Origin: an uncultured Chitinophagales bacterium
GTDB lineage: Bacteria > Bacteroidota > Bacteroidia > Chitinophagales > BACL12
Assembly: GCA_964492065.1 (NCBI GenBank)
Contig: CAZBHH010000003.1
Span: 132,350 to 196,349, forward strand
Direction of reading: 5' to 3'
DNA: 64,000 nucleotides
Shown: in pieces, positions 54,965 through 64,000 of the stretch
How positions within the stretch are numbered: the stretch's first letter is position 1
Layout: every line of letters begins with the position of its first letter
Made by a program: the position numbers and the translations under genes
The notes under the pieces: model-generated
Told to the model about the DNA's origin: nothing
What the model saw: the letters and a program-made list of their open reading frames with translations, nothing else
Database searches by the model: none

Positions 54965-56209
54965 ATGAAAGAAGAAATTATTGCCAACTTAGACAACCCG
55001 TATCAACTTGAAAAATTGTACCGGGAAAATAAATCAGCGTTCAGAACAGAGTTCAACCGGCTGTACCCCGACATACATGAAAATGCAACCGCACGGGTAT
55101 GGAATGAACGATTAAATTTTGGAGATGCAGCGGTTTCCGGGGAAAAAGACAATGACTTAACTTTTGCAATTTTCGCTACTGTCATAGCTGGGCTCATAGT
55201 TAAAATACCAGATTTAACAGCAATATCTGCCGAATACTTTTACCAAAGACACCTGGCCTTTATCGTATTCCCGCTATTGGCCGCCTTTTTCTACCGCAAA
55301 CATAATTTTCAAACAAAATCATTAATCATTATAATAACAGCCTTTTTATTACCTGTAATATACATCAATTTACTCCCCGGTAATTCCGAAAGCAATACGC
55401 TTATACTTGCATGTATTCATCTGCCATTATTTTTATGGTCGGTTTTGGGTTATACATTTGTCGGAGGCGATTTGAGCAGCTATCACAAACGGCTGGACTT
55501 CCTCAGGTATAATGGCGACCTGGTTGTGATGTCAACCATCATTCTCATTGCCGGGGTAATACTGACCGGAATTACTATCGGTTTGTTCTCTCTTATTAAC
55601 ATAGATATTGAAGAATTCTACTTGAATAATATCGTTATCTGGGGGCTCGCAGCAACGCCCATCGTCGGAACATATCTCGTTCAGTCAAATCCCCATTTAG
55701 TGAACAGAGTCTCTCCGGTGATGGCAAAAGTATTTACGCCATTGGTGCTGGCGACACTTGTTGTTTATCTTATTGCCGTCATTGCAACCGGAAAAGATCC
55801 ATACAACGACCGGGAGTTTCTCATTGTATTCAACTTTCTGCTTGTCGGTGTAATGGCTATTATTCTTTTTTCCATTACTGAAACTTCGCAGCACTCTGGC
55901 ACCAAAACCTGGATATTCCTTTTACTATGTCTATCAATTGTCACGATAATAGTAAACGGGATTGCCATATCGGCTATCCTATTCAGGATTTCGGAATGGG
56001 GTATTACACCAAACAGACTTGCTGTGTTAGGCGGCAATTTGCTCTTCCTGGTAAACTTATTATTGGTAACAATCAGGCTGTTCAAGGCGATAAGAGAGAA
56101 AACCAAAATTGAAAATGTCGTTAATAGCATTGCGGGATTCCTTCCCGTTTACGTTGTGTGGACGATGATTGTAACCTTTGTTTTCCCAATCATCTTTCAT
56201 TTCAAATGA
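54965..56209 (+). CDS. Polytopic membrane protein of unknown function (DUF4153-like)
   Basis: The soluble N-terminal ~60 aa (NLDNPYQLEKLYRENKSAFRTEF) are followed by about 9 hydrophobic helices. Confidence 0.5.
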   Translation: MKEEIIANLDNPYQLEKLYRENKSAFRTEFNRLYPDIHENATARVWNERLNFGDAAVSGEKDNDLTFAIFATVIAGLIVKIPDLTAISAEYFYQRHLAFIVFPLLAAFFYRKHNFQTKSLIIIITAFLLPVIYINLLPGNSESNTLILACIHLPLFLWSVLGYTFVGGDLSSYHKRLDFLRYNGDLVVMSTIILIAGVILTGITIGLFSLINIDIEEFYLNNIVIWGLAATPIVGTYLVQSNPHLVNRVSPVMAKVFTPLVLATLVVYLIAVIATGKDPYNDREFLIVFNFLLVGVMAIILFSITETSQHSGTKTWIFLLLCLSIVTIIVNGIAISAILFRISEWGITPNRLAVLGGNLLFLVNLLLVTIRLFKAIREKTKIENVVNSIAGFLPVYVVWTMIVTFVFPIIFHFK

Positions 56210-56646
56210 AAGAAGTCCTCGCCGCATAAAACCGCGAATACCTCTCTCGGCATCAAATGTCAATAACACCGCAGCAAATGCATCATGAGGTAAATCCTGA
56301 TTTGATTACACCGGTGTTTTTGAGGTAACGGACTTACATCATTTATCATGCGGTTTGGATTAGTTAAATAATATTTCATAAAATAAAAGAAGTACAAAAT
56401 ATATTTTCCTGCACTGTAAATAATTATTCTTACACTTAGAGGATAGTTCAATTGAATTTGGGTGCTCAATGTTGAAAAAGAAAAGCGCTTTACTGTTTTT
56501 CATTGTTCATAATATTGTATGCAAAGAATTATCTGTTACGAAAAAAATTTACAATGAAAAGATCATTAAAAAACTAAATTTGCCAAAATGCTTTAGCATT
56601 TTTTAATAATTTTTCTTCTGAGCACACACGAAACAGTATTATTACT

Positions 56647-57006
56647 ATGCGAAGAAGTTATGGAAAGTTATACAATAAGTTAATTTACGGATGTTTCCAC
56701 CGCTACAATTGGAGTTGGCCGGACGAGTCAGAAAATATGCTAAAACGCAAATCATACGGTTAATTCAAACTTCGTCATACAAATACTGAGATTTATTTAT
56801 CGCCTGATAAAATTATTGAGGCGATTTCAAACAATCAGCGCACCATTGATACAAACCGCCTGACTGCATCAGTTATTACGCGGGACAGAATGGAGGTGGA
56901 GAATGGCGCCACACTGATAATAAAAAATAATTTGCTGACAGCATATGCAAAAATTGCGGTTAAAGCATTAAACGGCGCAACCGAAAGTAAAAACATTTTC
57001 AGGTAA
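56647..57006 (+). pseudogene. Gene relic: a 119-codon frame interrupted by an in-frame TAA at 56761-56763
   Basis: Hand translation gives MRRSYGKLYNKLIYGCFHRYNWSWPDESENMLKRKSYG*FKLRHTNTEIYLSPDKIIEAISNNQRTIDTNRLTASVITRDRMEVENGATLIIKNNLLTAYAKIAVKALNGATESKNIFR*. The tail resembles the C-terminal module of the 16254-17528 protease (HRDETVEF...EGATLIIR...ARIIIKPTGK). Confidence 0.4.
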
Positions 57007-57570
57007 AACTTATATATCAATACCTTTCATAATTTAAACGGAACCGGCTTATGAGGATGTTTATTCTTTGATGTGCTGTTGCTCATTTGCATAGCAATGC
57101 ATTTTCCCAAAATCAAATAGCTAACCGGGTGTTTGGAGACAGCTTAAGGCTTAATTTACAGCCACCGGGATTGAAGTACTCACAACGGATGTACGCTTAC
57201 AAACGGTTTCATTATCGCTCCATTCCCCGGATGTAATCATGTATATTATGTATTGCAAATGCAAGCCGTTGGTTTAAAGTATTTGGTAATGGATATGCAT
57301 TTAGATGACGGCAACAGAGAAGTAATGCTGAAAAATATTTATGTAAGCGATGAAGACTTCGCAAAAAAAACAGGTATTTCAAAATGCGGAAATACAATTG
57401 CCCTCAATGAGCGGAGGCATGTATTTTCTACAGGTTTCTGATAATACAGATTACAACCGGACGGTAAAATTTTTTAATTAAAATATGCAGCTATTACGTG
57501 CAATAAGAGATATTTGAATGGAGATTCGGTTTGACAGAGACGACAACTTCCAAAAAGCGTTTATAAAATC

Positions 57571-58017
57571 CTAATCACACGTGATAAACAGGTCCGGCGT
57601 CTTGATGATATTGCTCCAGTGCCCAGCCCTGTCCCTGATTTGAATCGAATAATGAAAGGTATCTACATCAGCGGATGAAATACAGGTAGAAATACCTCTC
57701 GTGGCGTGAATCACTCCGGAAATGGCCTTGTGATTGCCCTCCAAATCCACATAGGGGATTTTATTGCCGATGCGATACCCCGGCACACGGCTGTCTTCCC
57801 AGAATAAATTGAGCGAATCCACCTCCAGGCCGCCGATATCGCCGTCGCCGTCTTCAAAATAAATATCCACTCTCAAACTGTCGGGGTCGAACTTGACAAA
57901 ATGGACCTTGTTCACGGATTCCAGGCGGATAAACGGCTCGTCGGGATATTCCGGCGGTTTGATACACGACAGTGCAAGAAATGCGATTACGACAACGGTT
58001 GTAAAAAGCTTCAGCAT
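57571..58017 (-). CDS. Small lipoprotein of unknown function (DGDGDIGG motif)
   Basis: Lipobox FLALSC; YFEDGDGDIGGLE; 148 aa. Confidence 0.6.
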   Translation of the reverse strand: MLKLFTTVVVIAFLALSCIKPPEYPDEPFIRLESVNKVHFVKFDPDSLRVDIYFEDGDGDIGGLEVDSLNLFWEDSRVPGYRIGNKIPYVDLEGNHKAISGVIHATRGISTCISSADVDTFHYSIQIRDRAGHWSNIIKTPDLFITCD

Positions 58018-58061
58018 AAATGGATAACATCAAAAATACTGTATTATTATAACTTTAGCGC

Positions 58062-59051
58062 ATGGAAATGGCAGGGCCGCCTCTTGGAGATTTTACAGCC
58101 GTTACGCCGGATACTTTTGCCGCCGCAGCGCTGAAAGTATTTTACTACCAGGCAAAAGCAGTTCCGGTTTACCGCAAATTCTTACAATTGCTCGACATTC
58201 GCCCGGAGGAGATTTCCTCCTGGGAGAACATTCCCTTTTTGCCTGTAGAAATATTCAAAACCCACAGCGTAATTGCCGAGGGCTTCACTCCTGCTTTGGT
58301 ATTCGAAAGCAGCGGTACCACGGGCAGCGTTCCCTCCAGGCTGCCGGTGGCACAACCGTCAATATACAGGCAGAGCATCCTGAATGGTTTCTACAAGTTT
58401 TACGGCGATCCGAAAGATTATTGTATCCTGGCATTGCTGCCCTCCTACCTGGAGCGGAGTAACGCATCGCTGTTGTACATGTGCAACTACCTGATGGAAA
58501 GCAGCGGGCATCCCGATAACGGATTTTATTTATACGACCACGAGAAACTGGCAAAGACGCTCCGACATAACGAATTAAAACAAATACAAACGTTGTTAAT
58601 CGGGGTCAGCTTTGCACTTCTCGATTTTGCAGAGCGCTATCCAATGCCGCTAAGGCACACGACTATAATGGAGACCGGCGGCATGAAGGGGCGCCGTAAA
58701 GAAATAACACGCAATGCATTACACGATGTATTAAAACAGGCGTTTCAATTGTCCACCATACATTCGGAATACGGCATGACGGAATTATTGTCGCAGGGGT
58801 ACAGCCGGGGCGACGGCATTTTTTTATGTCCGCCCTGGATGCGCATCCTGGTGCGGGATACTACCGATCCGTTTTCAATGCTCGGAATTAATAAGAACGG
58901 CTTGTTGAACGTCATTGACCTCGCCAATCAATATGCGTGCAGTTTTATAGCGACACAGGACAGCGGCATTTTATATACCCATGACTCCTTTGGCGTCACC
59001 GGGCGCATGGACACTGCTGCGGTGCGTGGCTGTAACCTGATGGCGATTTAA
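58062..59051 (+). CDS. LuxE/PaaK-like acyl-protein synthetase family protein (annotated 'acyl transferase' in Bacteroidota)
   Basis: [54 protein letters not shown] (AMP-binding-like), ETGGMKGRR. Confidence 0.6.
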   Translation: MEMAGPPLGDFTAVTPDTFAAAALKVFYYQAKAVPVYRKFLQLLDIRPEEISSWENIPFLPVEIFKTHSVIAEGFTPALVFESSGTTGSVPSRLPVAQPSIYRQSILNGFYKFYGDPKDYCILALLPSYLERSNASLLYMCNYLMESSGHPDNGFYLYDHEKLAKTLRHNELKQIQTLLIGVSFALLDFAERYPMPLRHTTIMETGGMKGRRKEITRNALHDVLKQAFQLSTIHSEYGMTELLSQGYSRGDGIFLCPPWMRILVRDTTDPFSMLGINKNGLLNVIDLANQYACSFIATQDSGILYTHDSFGVTGRMDTAAVRGCNLMAI

Positions 59052-60706
59052 TTTTTCCTGCGCATTGCCAGTGCGGTATGTATGAGCGCATTGGTCGAAG
59101 CGTCGTGTGCATGTGCAGTTTCCCCCGACAGGAGCTCCGGCAATATTCTCAACGCCAGTTTTTTACCCAATTCGACACCCCACTGATCAAAGCTGTAGAT
59201 ATTCCATAATACCCCCTGGACAAATACTTTGTGTTCATACAGCGCAATGAGGTTCCCGAGTGAGCGTGGTGTGATCTTTTCGATGAGGAAGGTATTGGAT
59301 GGGCGGTTTCCGTCAAACACCATAAAGGGTAACAGGCTTTCGATTTCCTGCGGGGTTTTACCCTTCTGTTGTAATTCCCGCATCACTTCCTCCCTGCTTT
59401 TGCCATGCATCAACGCTTCACTTTGCGCAAAGCAATGGGATATCAATTTCAGATGATGGTCACCCATTTCATTTAACGACTGCGCCGGAATTATAAAATC
59501 ACAAGGTATGAGAACCGTTCCCTGGTGAATTAACTGGTAAAACGCATGTTGCCCGTTGGTACCCGCTTCGCCCCACACCACCGGGCCGGTGGCGTAGTGC
59601 ACCTTATCGCCGTTGCGGTCGCACGACTTGCCGTTGCTCTCCATATCCGTCTGTTGCATATATGCGGGGAAGCGGTGTAAATACTGATCATATGGCAAAA
59701 TGGCATGCGTATGGGCATTGTAAAAATTATTGTACCACAGGCCTATTAAGGCCATGATGGCGGGGATATTTTTCTGAACCGGCTCATTGCGGAAATGCAA
59801 ATCGCTTTCATAGGCGCCCCAAAGCAACTCTTCAAAATTATCGTAGCCGATGGAAAGCGCTATACTCAGCCCGATGGCGCTCCACAGCGAATATCTGCCG
59901 CCAACCCAATCCCAGAACTCAAACATATTTTCGGCATCGATACCAAACTGCAACACTTCATTTTTAGCTGTAGATAAGGCGACAAAATGCTGTGCGATAC
60001 ATTTTTCCTGTTGTGCCGATTGGAGGAACCACGCCCTTGCCGACGCCGCATTAGTCATCGTCTCCTGGGTGGTAAAGGTCTTAGACGCAATGAGAAATAA
60101 TGTAGTTTCTGCATTTACCTGTTTTAATGTCTCCGTCAATTGCGTCGCATCGACATTGGAAACAAAGTGCAACCGCAAGTCCGGCACCCGGTAGTGCGCA
60201 AGGGCATCCACCACCATTGCCGGGCCCAGGTCTGAGCCGCCTATTCCGATATTTACCACATCGGTAATGCGTTTACCGGTATAGCCCTTCCACTCGCCGG
60301 AATGAATTCTACGACAAAATTCTTTCATCTGCGCCCGCACCCGTCGCACATCGGCCATCACGTCTTTGCCTCCCGTAATGACCGGCGTATCACTCATATT
60401 GCGCAAGGCGGTGTGCAACACCGCACGGTTTTCTTTTTCATTGATCAGGTCGCCGCTAAACATCATGTCAATTGCTTGCGGCAAGCCGCATTCCAGGGCC
60501 ATGCGGCAAAGCAATTCCATTATTTCCCTATTGATACGGTTCTTGGAGTAATCGAAATACAGCGATTTAAAATGCAGCGAAAATGCGGCTGCCCGCTGCG
60601 GGTCGGCATCAAATAATTGGCGGATACTATGCCGGTTTATATCGGTAAAATGCAATTGCAATTTGCGATAGGACTCCGTATTTATAAAAGCAGTTTTTGG
60701 TAACAT
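59048..60706 (-). CDS. pgi: Glucose-6-phosphate isomerase
   Basis: [27 protein letters not shown], and [13 protein letters not shown]; 552 aa. Confidence 0.9.
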   Translation of the reverse strand: MLPKTAFINTESYRKLQLHFTDINRHSIRQLFDADPQRAAAFSLHFKSLYFDYSKNRINREIMELLCRMALECGLPQAIDMMFSGDLINEKENRAVLHTALRNMSDTPVITGGKDVMADVRRVRAQMKEFCRRIHSGEWKGYTGKRITDVVNIGIGGSDLGPAMVVDALAHYRVPDLRLHFVSNVDATQLTETLKQVNAETTLFLIASKTFTTQETMTNAASARAWFLQSAQQEKCIAQHFVALSTAKNEVLQFGIDAENMFEFWDWVGGRYSLWSAIGLSIALSIGYDNFEELLWGAYESDLHFRNEPVQKNIPAIMALIGLWYNNFYNAHTHAILPYDQYLHRFPAYMQQTDMESNGKSCDRNGDKVHYATGPVVWGEAGTNGQHAFYQLIHQGTVLIPCDFIIPAQSLNEMGDHHLKLISHCFAQSEALMHGKSREEVMRELQQKGKTPQEIESLLPFMVFDGNRPSNTFLIEKITPRSLGNLIALYEHKVFVQGVLWNIYSFDQWGVELGKKLALRILPELLSGETAHAHDASTNALIHTALAMRRKN

Positions 60707-60713
60707 CCTCCGG

Positions 60714-61565
60714 CTATTTAAGTTTTTTGAGATGATAATTTACCAGTTCATCAATCGGCGTCTTCACTATCTGGGTCGCCTGGATATCGTATTTTTCAAT
60801 AGACTCGATCAGTATATCCGAAAAGTAATACGCCACCGAACCCACAAAATGCACCGGCGTTGTTTTATAGTTGTCGAACCTCAAAATAAAACATTCTACA
60901 AATGCATCAAAACCGTCTGCTATCATTTTGCGGATATAGGGATGATCCACCTGCTTTAAAATAAATTCGGAATACGAAGCGAGGTATAAATTAGGCCGCG
61001 GCAGGCGATACACCTGTGCAATCACCTGTCTCTTTATGGGCTGGTATTCATTTTCAAAAGCCTCATGCAGATCATCGGGCAATTTATTGTAAAAGAAATC
61101 ACGCACCAGCTTTTTTCCCAGGTAGGAACCGCTGCCCTCGTCGCCTAAGATAAATCCCAGGCTGAAATCGTCGTACAGAATTTTTTCACCATCGAAGTAA
61201 CAGGAGTTGGAGCCGGTGCCGATAATGCAGACAATGCCCGGCTGAAAGGGAGTGGTTGCATATGCCGCACCCACCAGGTCGTTATTTACCTCAACGCCCG
61301 CTTCGGGAAATATCCGGGTGATAGCCGTACTGATTATTTCGTTGAGTGTCGTATCGGCGCAACCCGTACCGTAAAAATATACGGCGTGCACCTGGTCTTT
61401 TATTTCCTGGATTGCATCCACCTGGTTCAGTTCGTGAACTATCTGGCTGGTGGTTACCAGGTTGGGATTGAATCCCTGTGTGAGAAAATCGTCCAGCCTT
61501 CTTCCGTTCTTATCAATTACAGCCCATTGCGTTCGGGTACTGCCGCTATCAGCTATCAATATCAT
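60714..61565 (-). CDS. BadF/BadG/BcrA/BcrD-type ATPase (N-acetylglucosamine kinase-like)
   Basis: [29 protein letters not shown], and [10 protein letters not shown]. The start was set at the ATG at 61563-61565. Confidence 0.75.
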   Translation of the reverse strand: MILIADSGSTRTQWAVIDKNGRRLDDFLTQGFNPNLVTTSQIVHELNQVDAIQEIKDQVHAVYFYGTGCADTTLNEIISTAITRIFPEAGVEVNNDLVGAAYATTPFQPGIVCIIGTGSNSCYFDGEKILYDDFSLGFILGDEGSGSYLGKKLVRDFFYNKLPDDLHEAFENEYQPIKRQVIAQVYRLPRPNLYLASYSEFILKQVDHPYIRKMIADGFDAFVECFILRFDNYKTTPVHFVGSVAYYFSDILIESIEKYDIQATQIVKTPIDELVNYHLKKLK

Positions 61566-62856
61566 TTGCTTCAGTTTTAGTTTTAAAAATAACTTTATCA
61601 ATGCGGGTGGCATCCATATCCACCACTTCAAATTCAAAATCTTTCCAGTGAATTATTTCTCCCTCCTCCGGCAAGCGATCGAGCGCATGGATAATAAATC
61701 CGGCAACGGTATTAAATTCCTGGTCATCCAGGTCCTCAAATTCTTCTATTTCGAAATAGTGCAGGAAATCGTAAAAGGGCATGCCGGCATCCACCAGATA
61801 AGTGCCGTCGCCCCTGTCTAAGATTGTGGTGGCGGGCAGGTTCAATTCGTCGAATTCGCCGACAATTGCCTCGAGGATATCATTAATCGTTACGAGGCCC
61901 TGTACCGAGCCGTACTCATCGACAATCAATGCATAATGAATCTGCGACTCACGAAATTTTTCCAAAGCGGAATAGGCCGTATTGTTTTCAGGCAGAAACA
62001 GTACCGGCCTGACATACTGTTCCAGGTCTTCTATGCGGATGGAAGTGCCGGCGAGAAACAAATGCTTGATATACACGATCCCCTTCGCCTGGTCGAGGTC
62101 GCCATCACAGACGGGATAAACGCTGTGCACCTCCGATCGTATGGTCTCCATAATTTTCTCGGGCGTCACATTGAGATCCAGCCATACGATGTCGCTGTGA
62201 TGAGTCATCAGCGAAGAAATTTTCCTGTCGCTCAAATGAAACACCCGCTCGACGATATCCTGCTCAATCTCTTCAATGGCCCCCGTCTCGGTCCCCTCCT
62301 GGATGATTGCCTTGATTTCCTCCTCGGTTACTTTATCGTCGTTTACCGCTTTGATGCCGAACAATTTGATAATGGCATTGGATGCACCCGTCAGGAACCA
62401 GATAAACGGTTTGCTGACCGCCGACAGAAACGTCATGGGCGCTGCCAGGTAAATGGCGATGGGTTCGGGATTTGCCATGCCGATGCGCTTGGGAATCAGC
62501 TCGCCCACAATAATCGTCAGCGCCGTAATCAGAATGATCACAATAATTAAGCTGATATGAGCGGCGTAGGGCTCCAGTACCGGTATTTGCACAAACAATC
62601 CCGTGATGGAAGCCTTGATCTTTTCTCCCGAGAAAACACCCAATAAAATGCTGATCAGCGTGATGCCCACCTGGACGGTAGATAAAAACTTCGGCGGGTC
62701 ATTGTGAATGGCCAGGGCTAATTTTGCCTTGATATCGCCACGCTTTATGGCGGCTTCCAACTTCGACTTGCGCACCGAAACCATCGCAATTTCCGCCATG
62801 GCGAATAACCCGTTGATTACCACAAGCGCCAATATTATCAATAACTCAGTTACCAT
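61549..62856 (-). CDS. CNNM/TlyC-family protein (DUF21 transmembrane domain + CBS pair + CorC/HlyC C-terminal domain)
   Basis: The N-terminal 4-transmembrane DUF21 (NGLFAMAEIAMVS), the CBS region, and the C-terminal transporter-associated domain ...FNTVAGFIIHALDRLPEEGE. Confidence 0.8.
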   Translation of the reverse strand: MVTELLIILALVVINGLFAMAEIAMVSVRKSKLEAAIKRGDIKAKLALAIHNDPPKFLSTVQVGITLISILLGVFSGEKIKASITGLFVQIPVLEPYAAHISLIIVIILITALTIIVGELIPKRIGMANPEPIAIYLAAPMTFLSAVSKPFIWFLTGASNAIIKLFGIKAVNDDKVTEEEIKAIIQEGTETGAIEEIEQDIVERVFHLSDRKISSLMTHHSDIVWLDLNVTPEKIMETIRSEVHSVYPVCDGDLDQAKGIVYIKHLFLAGTSIRIEDLEQYVRPVLFLPENNTAYSALEKFRESQIHYALIVDEYGSVQGLVTINDILEAIVGEFDELNLPATTILDRGDGTYLVDAGMPFYDFLHYFEIEEFEDLDDQEFNTVAGFIIHALDRLPEEGEIIHWKDFEFEVVDMDATRIDKVIFKTKTEANDIDS

Positions 62857-62979
62857 AGCGCTCCGACTAAGCTATTTTAAGGTGAAGATAATGCGTAAAA
62901 CAATCATGCATGCTCGCCCATGCCGGGGATTCGGGATACGGATCGGATAGTGATGTCATCGTAATACAACTTCGTGCCG

Positions 62980-62987
62980 CAAAGGTA
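62980..62987 (-). promoter_or_regulatory. Candidate -7 box (TACCTTTG on the minus strand) about 125 nt upstream of the CNNM gene
   Basis: The plus strand reads caaaggta, whose reverse complement is TACCTTTG. This implies a ~115-nt leader. Confidence 0.3.
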
Positions 62988-63290
62988 AATAAAATAAAAA
63001 ACTGCGCCGATTGTTCAGCCTTTGAGGCAGGATGCTTATCGGAAATGCGCAATACGCACTCCCGAACGATCAGCGCCAACACGCCCTGCGACGGACACCA
63101 CAGACGCCATCTCCGGTCAATCCCGGATAAATCACCCGTTTATCCCTGCGCTTAACATGGAAAGATATGATTCAAGCCTATCAAAAGACATTCTCTTCTG
63201 CATTTCTTTGCAATCCGCAAACAGGTTACATCCGCATAAACAAGGTAAAATGCCTGGGGTAATCAATACTATATTACACCTTATTGACAA

Positions 63291-63860
63291 TTACAATGAA
63301 GTGATACTTATAGCTTTAATAATTAAAACACCAACGGTATTTACAAAGGATGCATTTGAAATATCCATTCTGCAAGCCATGCAATTGACGCCTGGAATAC
63401 AGGTTGAACATGCGCCATCATTATCGATAATTGTTGAAACATCACAAGTCGCCTCACCATTAGAAGTGCAAGTGGATGTTAAGGTAGTCAGAGTTCCCGG
63501 CAATGCGAGCTATGAATAATTATCAATGAGAATTATCCGGTATTTGTATATTGTTGAATAAGTATAAAGGGCCGGATTTAATTGTCGTTGAGTAACAGAA
63601 ACCGTCCATTCACTTTGTGGTTCAAAGGAGCAATTTTTTTTGTTTATCCTGCGCAACGCCAAATCGCATCGATTGGGTAATTGTTGCATTGCCTTGTGCA
63701 TTGTAAACCGCACTGAATGTAATAACTTCCTGTGGATTAAAAACAGATTTTGACTCGAATTGGCTAACAGTTCCGGGTATATACTCATTTTAGGATTTTA
63801 ATCTGAACGCCAATCCAACCGGCAGGCCGCCGATATCGCCGGTTAAAGGGATTAAACATT
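63291..63860 (-). pseudogene. Decayed gene relic on the minus strand. It carries a frameshift at an A8 run, an in-frame TAG, and no usable ATG. It is partly paralogous to 57571-58017.
   Basis: The protein-like frames read, in order: ...LTGDIGGLPVGLAFRLKS*, NEYIPGTVSQFESKSVFNPQEVITFSAVYNAQGNATITQSMRFGVAQDKQKK, a frame switch at T8/A8 (63634-63641), NCSFEPQSEWTVSVTQRQLNPALYTYSTIYKYRIILIDNYS, a TAG at 63510-63512, then LALPGTLTTLTSTCTSNGEATCDV.... There is a 19-nt exact match (63823-63841) to 57826-57844. Confidence 0.4.
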
Positions 63861-63894
63861 AGAAGTATAGCAGGGTAAATACAATGGGAAATGG

Positions 63895-64000
63895 CTACCT
63901 GGTTAACAGTTTAATAATTAAAACGACTGTTGCAATCCCTACGATGGAAGCATAAATTTGCTTGTTATATCTCGCTAACCACTCCGGAAGGTAGATGTCA
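63895..64000 (-). CDS. C-terminal end of an unidentified gene whose start lies beyond the right edge. It has a hydrophobic tail anchor.
   Basis: Hand translation of the minus strand gives ...DIYLPEWLARYNKQIYASIVGIATVVLIIKLLTR*, with the stop TAG at 63895-63897. Confidence 0.3.
   Translation of the reverse strand, partial: DIYLPEWLARYNKQIYASIVGIATVVLIIKLLTR

Noticed and set aside
56292-57575. The imperfect direct repeat aaatcct(g/a)at near both ends of the first AT-rich island, as a possible target-site duplication
   Set aside because: It is a 9/10 match in AT-rich DNA. There are no terminal inverted repeats and no transposase or integrase remnants. The evidence is insufficient to call a mobile element.
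63291-63503. A Cys/Ser/Thr-rich 70-aa ORF (…TSTCTSNGEATCDVSTIIDNDGACSTCIPGVNCMAC…) that superficially resembles a lanthipeptide/RiPP precursor
   Set aside because: It has no ATG; the track start is a TTG. The frame is continuous with the upstream ORF through a single TAG. The Cys-rich part is N-terminal rather than a C-terminal core following a leader. No LanB/C/M, radical-SAM or peptidase-transporter genes are nearby. It is better explained as the tail of a decayed gene.
63022-63519. A 165-aa plus-strand ORF across the right-hand AT-rich region
   Set aside because: The N-terminal third is Arg/Pro/Thr-rich junk read through the CNNM upstream region. It has no signal sequence or motif. The opposite strand carries more protein-like fragments and the 19-nt paralogous match.
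1-64000. A scan for CRISPR arrays, rRNA, tmRNA/RNase P/SRP signatures, IS elements, integrases, and toxin-antitoxin or known defence genes
   Set aside because: I found no regularly spaced direct repeats, no conserved RNA signature blocks and no transposase, integrase or defence-type translations in the ORF track or in my reading of the gaps. This was a by-eye scan, so short or degenerate elements could have been missed.

Overview
This is a densely packed chromosomal segment from a Bacteroidota genome. The phylum call rests on T9SS C-terminal sorting domains, a PorX-type regulator, a fused LpxC/FabZ, the miaB/sigma-54 activator/lptE/secG gene order, and TAnnTTTG -7 boxes. I can support about 66 protein-coding genes, and most are housekeeping: lipid A synthesis (lpxD, lpxC-fabZ, lpxA), cytochrome c maturation (ccmE, ccmF), folP, aroK, pgi, rocD, miaB, lepB, rlmH, tsaE, secG, lptE, ubiX and maf. 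I recognised no rRNA, tRNA, CRISPR array, transposase, integrase or phage gene. All calls come from reading the translations by eye; no searches were run. CDS coordinates include the stop codon, as in the ORF track, and several starts were moved to internal ATGs where the track ORF overlapped a neighbouring gene. The loci most worth follow-up are listed here. (1) A translationally coupled lipoprotein / VTC (polyphosphate-polymerase-like) / DUF4956 / secreted beta-rich protein operon at 52.3-54.8 kb; this module is uncharacterised in bacteria. (2) Two AT-rich, ORF-poor islands at 56.2-57.6 kb and 62.9-63.9 kb that carry stop- and frameshift-interrupted gene relics. (3) A Cys-type (CxxxY) CcmE next to ccmF with no other ccm genes nearby. 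(4) An overlapping GATase1 / ATP-grasp-like gene pair. (5) An fdx-iscX-ubiA-maf operon. Nothing here resembles a known defence system, and most of the window is ordinary core genome.
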